A DNA stretch of 64,000 bases from Desulfatiglandales bacterium (lineage in GTDB: Bacteria; Desulfobacterota; DSM-4660; Desulfatiglandales; Desulfatiglandaceae). Numbering within the stretch: position 1 is the stretch's first letter; the number at the start of each line of letters is the position of its first letter. Below the pieces are notes generated by a model. It did no database searches. It worked only from the letters and a program-made list of their open reading frames with translations, and had not been told where the DNA came from. The position numbers and the translations under genes are program-made. Shown here one piece after another: positions 63,841-64,000 of the stretch. The DNA lies in assembly GCA_963662465.1 (NCBI GenBank), contig OY759599.1, positions 384,001-448,000 of the forward strand, given 5' to 3'.

Positions 63841-63857
63841 CTTCTGTTTCTCTGATT

Positions 63858-63940
63858 TGCCAACTAGAAGATCACCGGCTTGTCCGGCCCCCGCCGGGAC
63901 CGCCCAAGTATCAGGCGTCTGGTGAAGCGCTCGGTTGTGC
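63858..63940 (-). other. attC site
   Basis: GCACAAC...GTTGGCA, 17 bp before the mrr start. Confidence 0.85.
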
Positions 63941-64000
63941 CGTCGATGTTCATTACTTGTACGAACTCTAAGCCGCTAATTTTTATTGGGGTTTCATTAT

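Overview
Bacterial chromosomal window, probably a Desulfobacterota (deltaproteobacterial) genome; this is inferred from gene content only. Housekeeping blocks are hrpB, an XPB-helicase operon, trkH/trkA, a hybrid sensor kinase, speA-CASDH-nspC-speB and a PLP-enzyme/DUF1611/QueC-like-creatininase/epimerase cluster. Two accessory regions are interleaved with them. (1) About 4.2-32 kb holds decayed BREX genes, nested IS/MITE elements, TA modules and a diversity-generating retroelement (DGR). One 136-bp TR (20244-20379) matches two VRs with almost purely adenine-specific mismatches. Both targets are predicted secreted hydrolases joined to a DUF1566/CLec-type domain: a CHAP amidase with a C-terminal VR, and a 1091-aa LCAT-like lipase/adhesin with the VR near its N-terminus. 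The RT carries a C-terminal MutS-domain-I-like fusion and in-frame REP insertions, avd has an in-frame amber stop, and a RAYT transposase with its REP field lies inside the locus. (2) About 55.7-64 kb is an integron-type attC cassette array (no intI in the window) carrying TA, Mrr and methyltransferase cassettes and three group II introns at attC sites.
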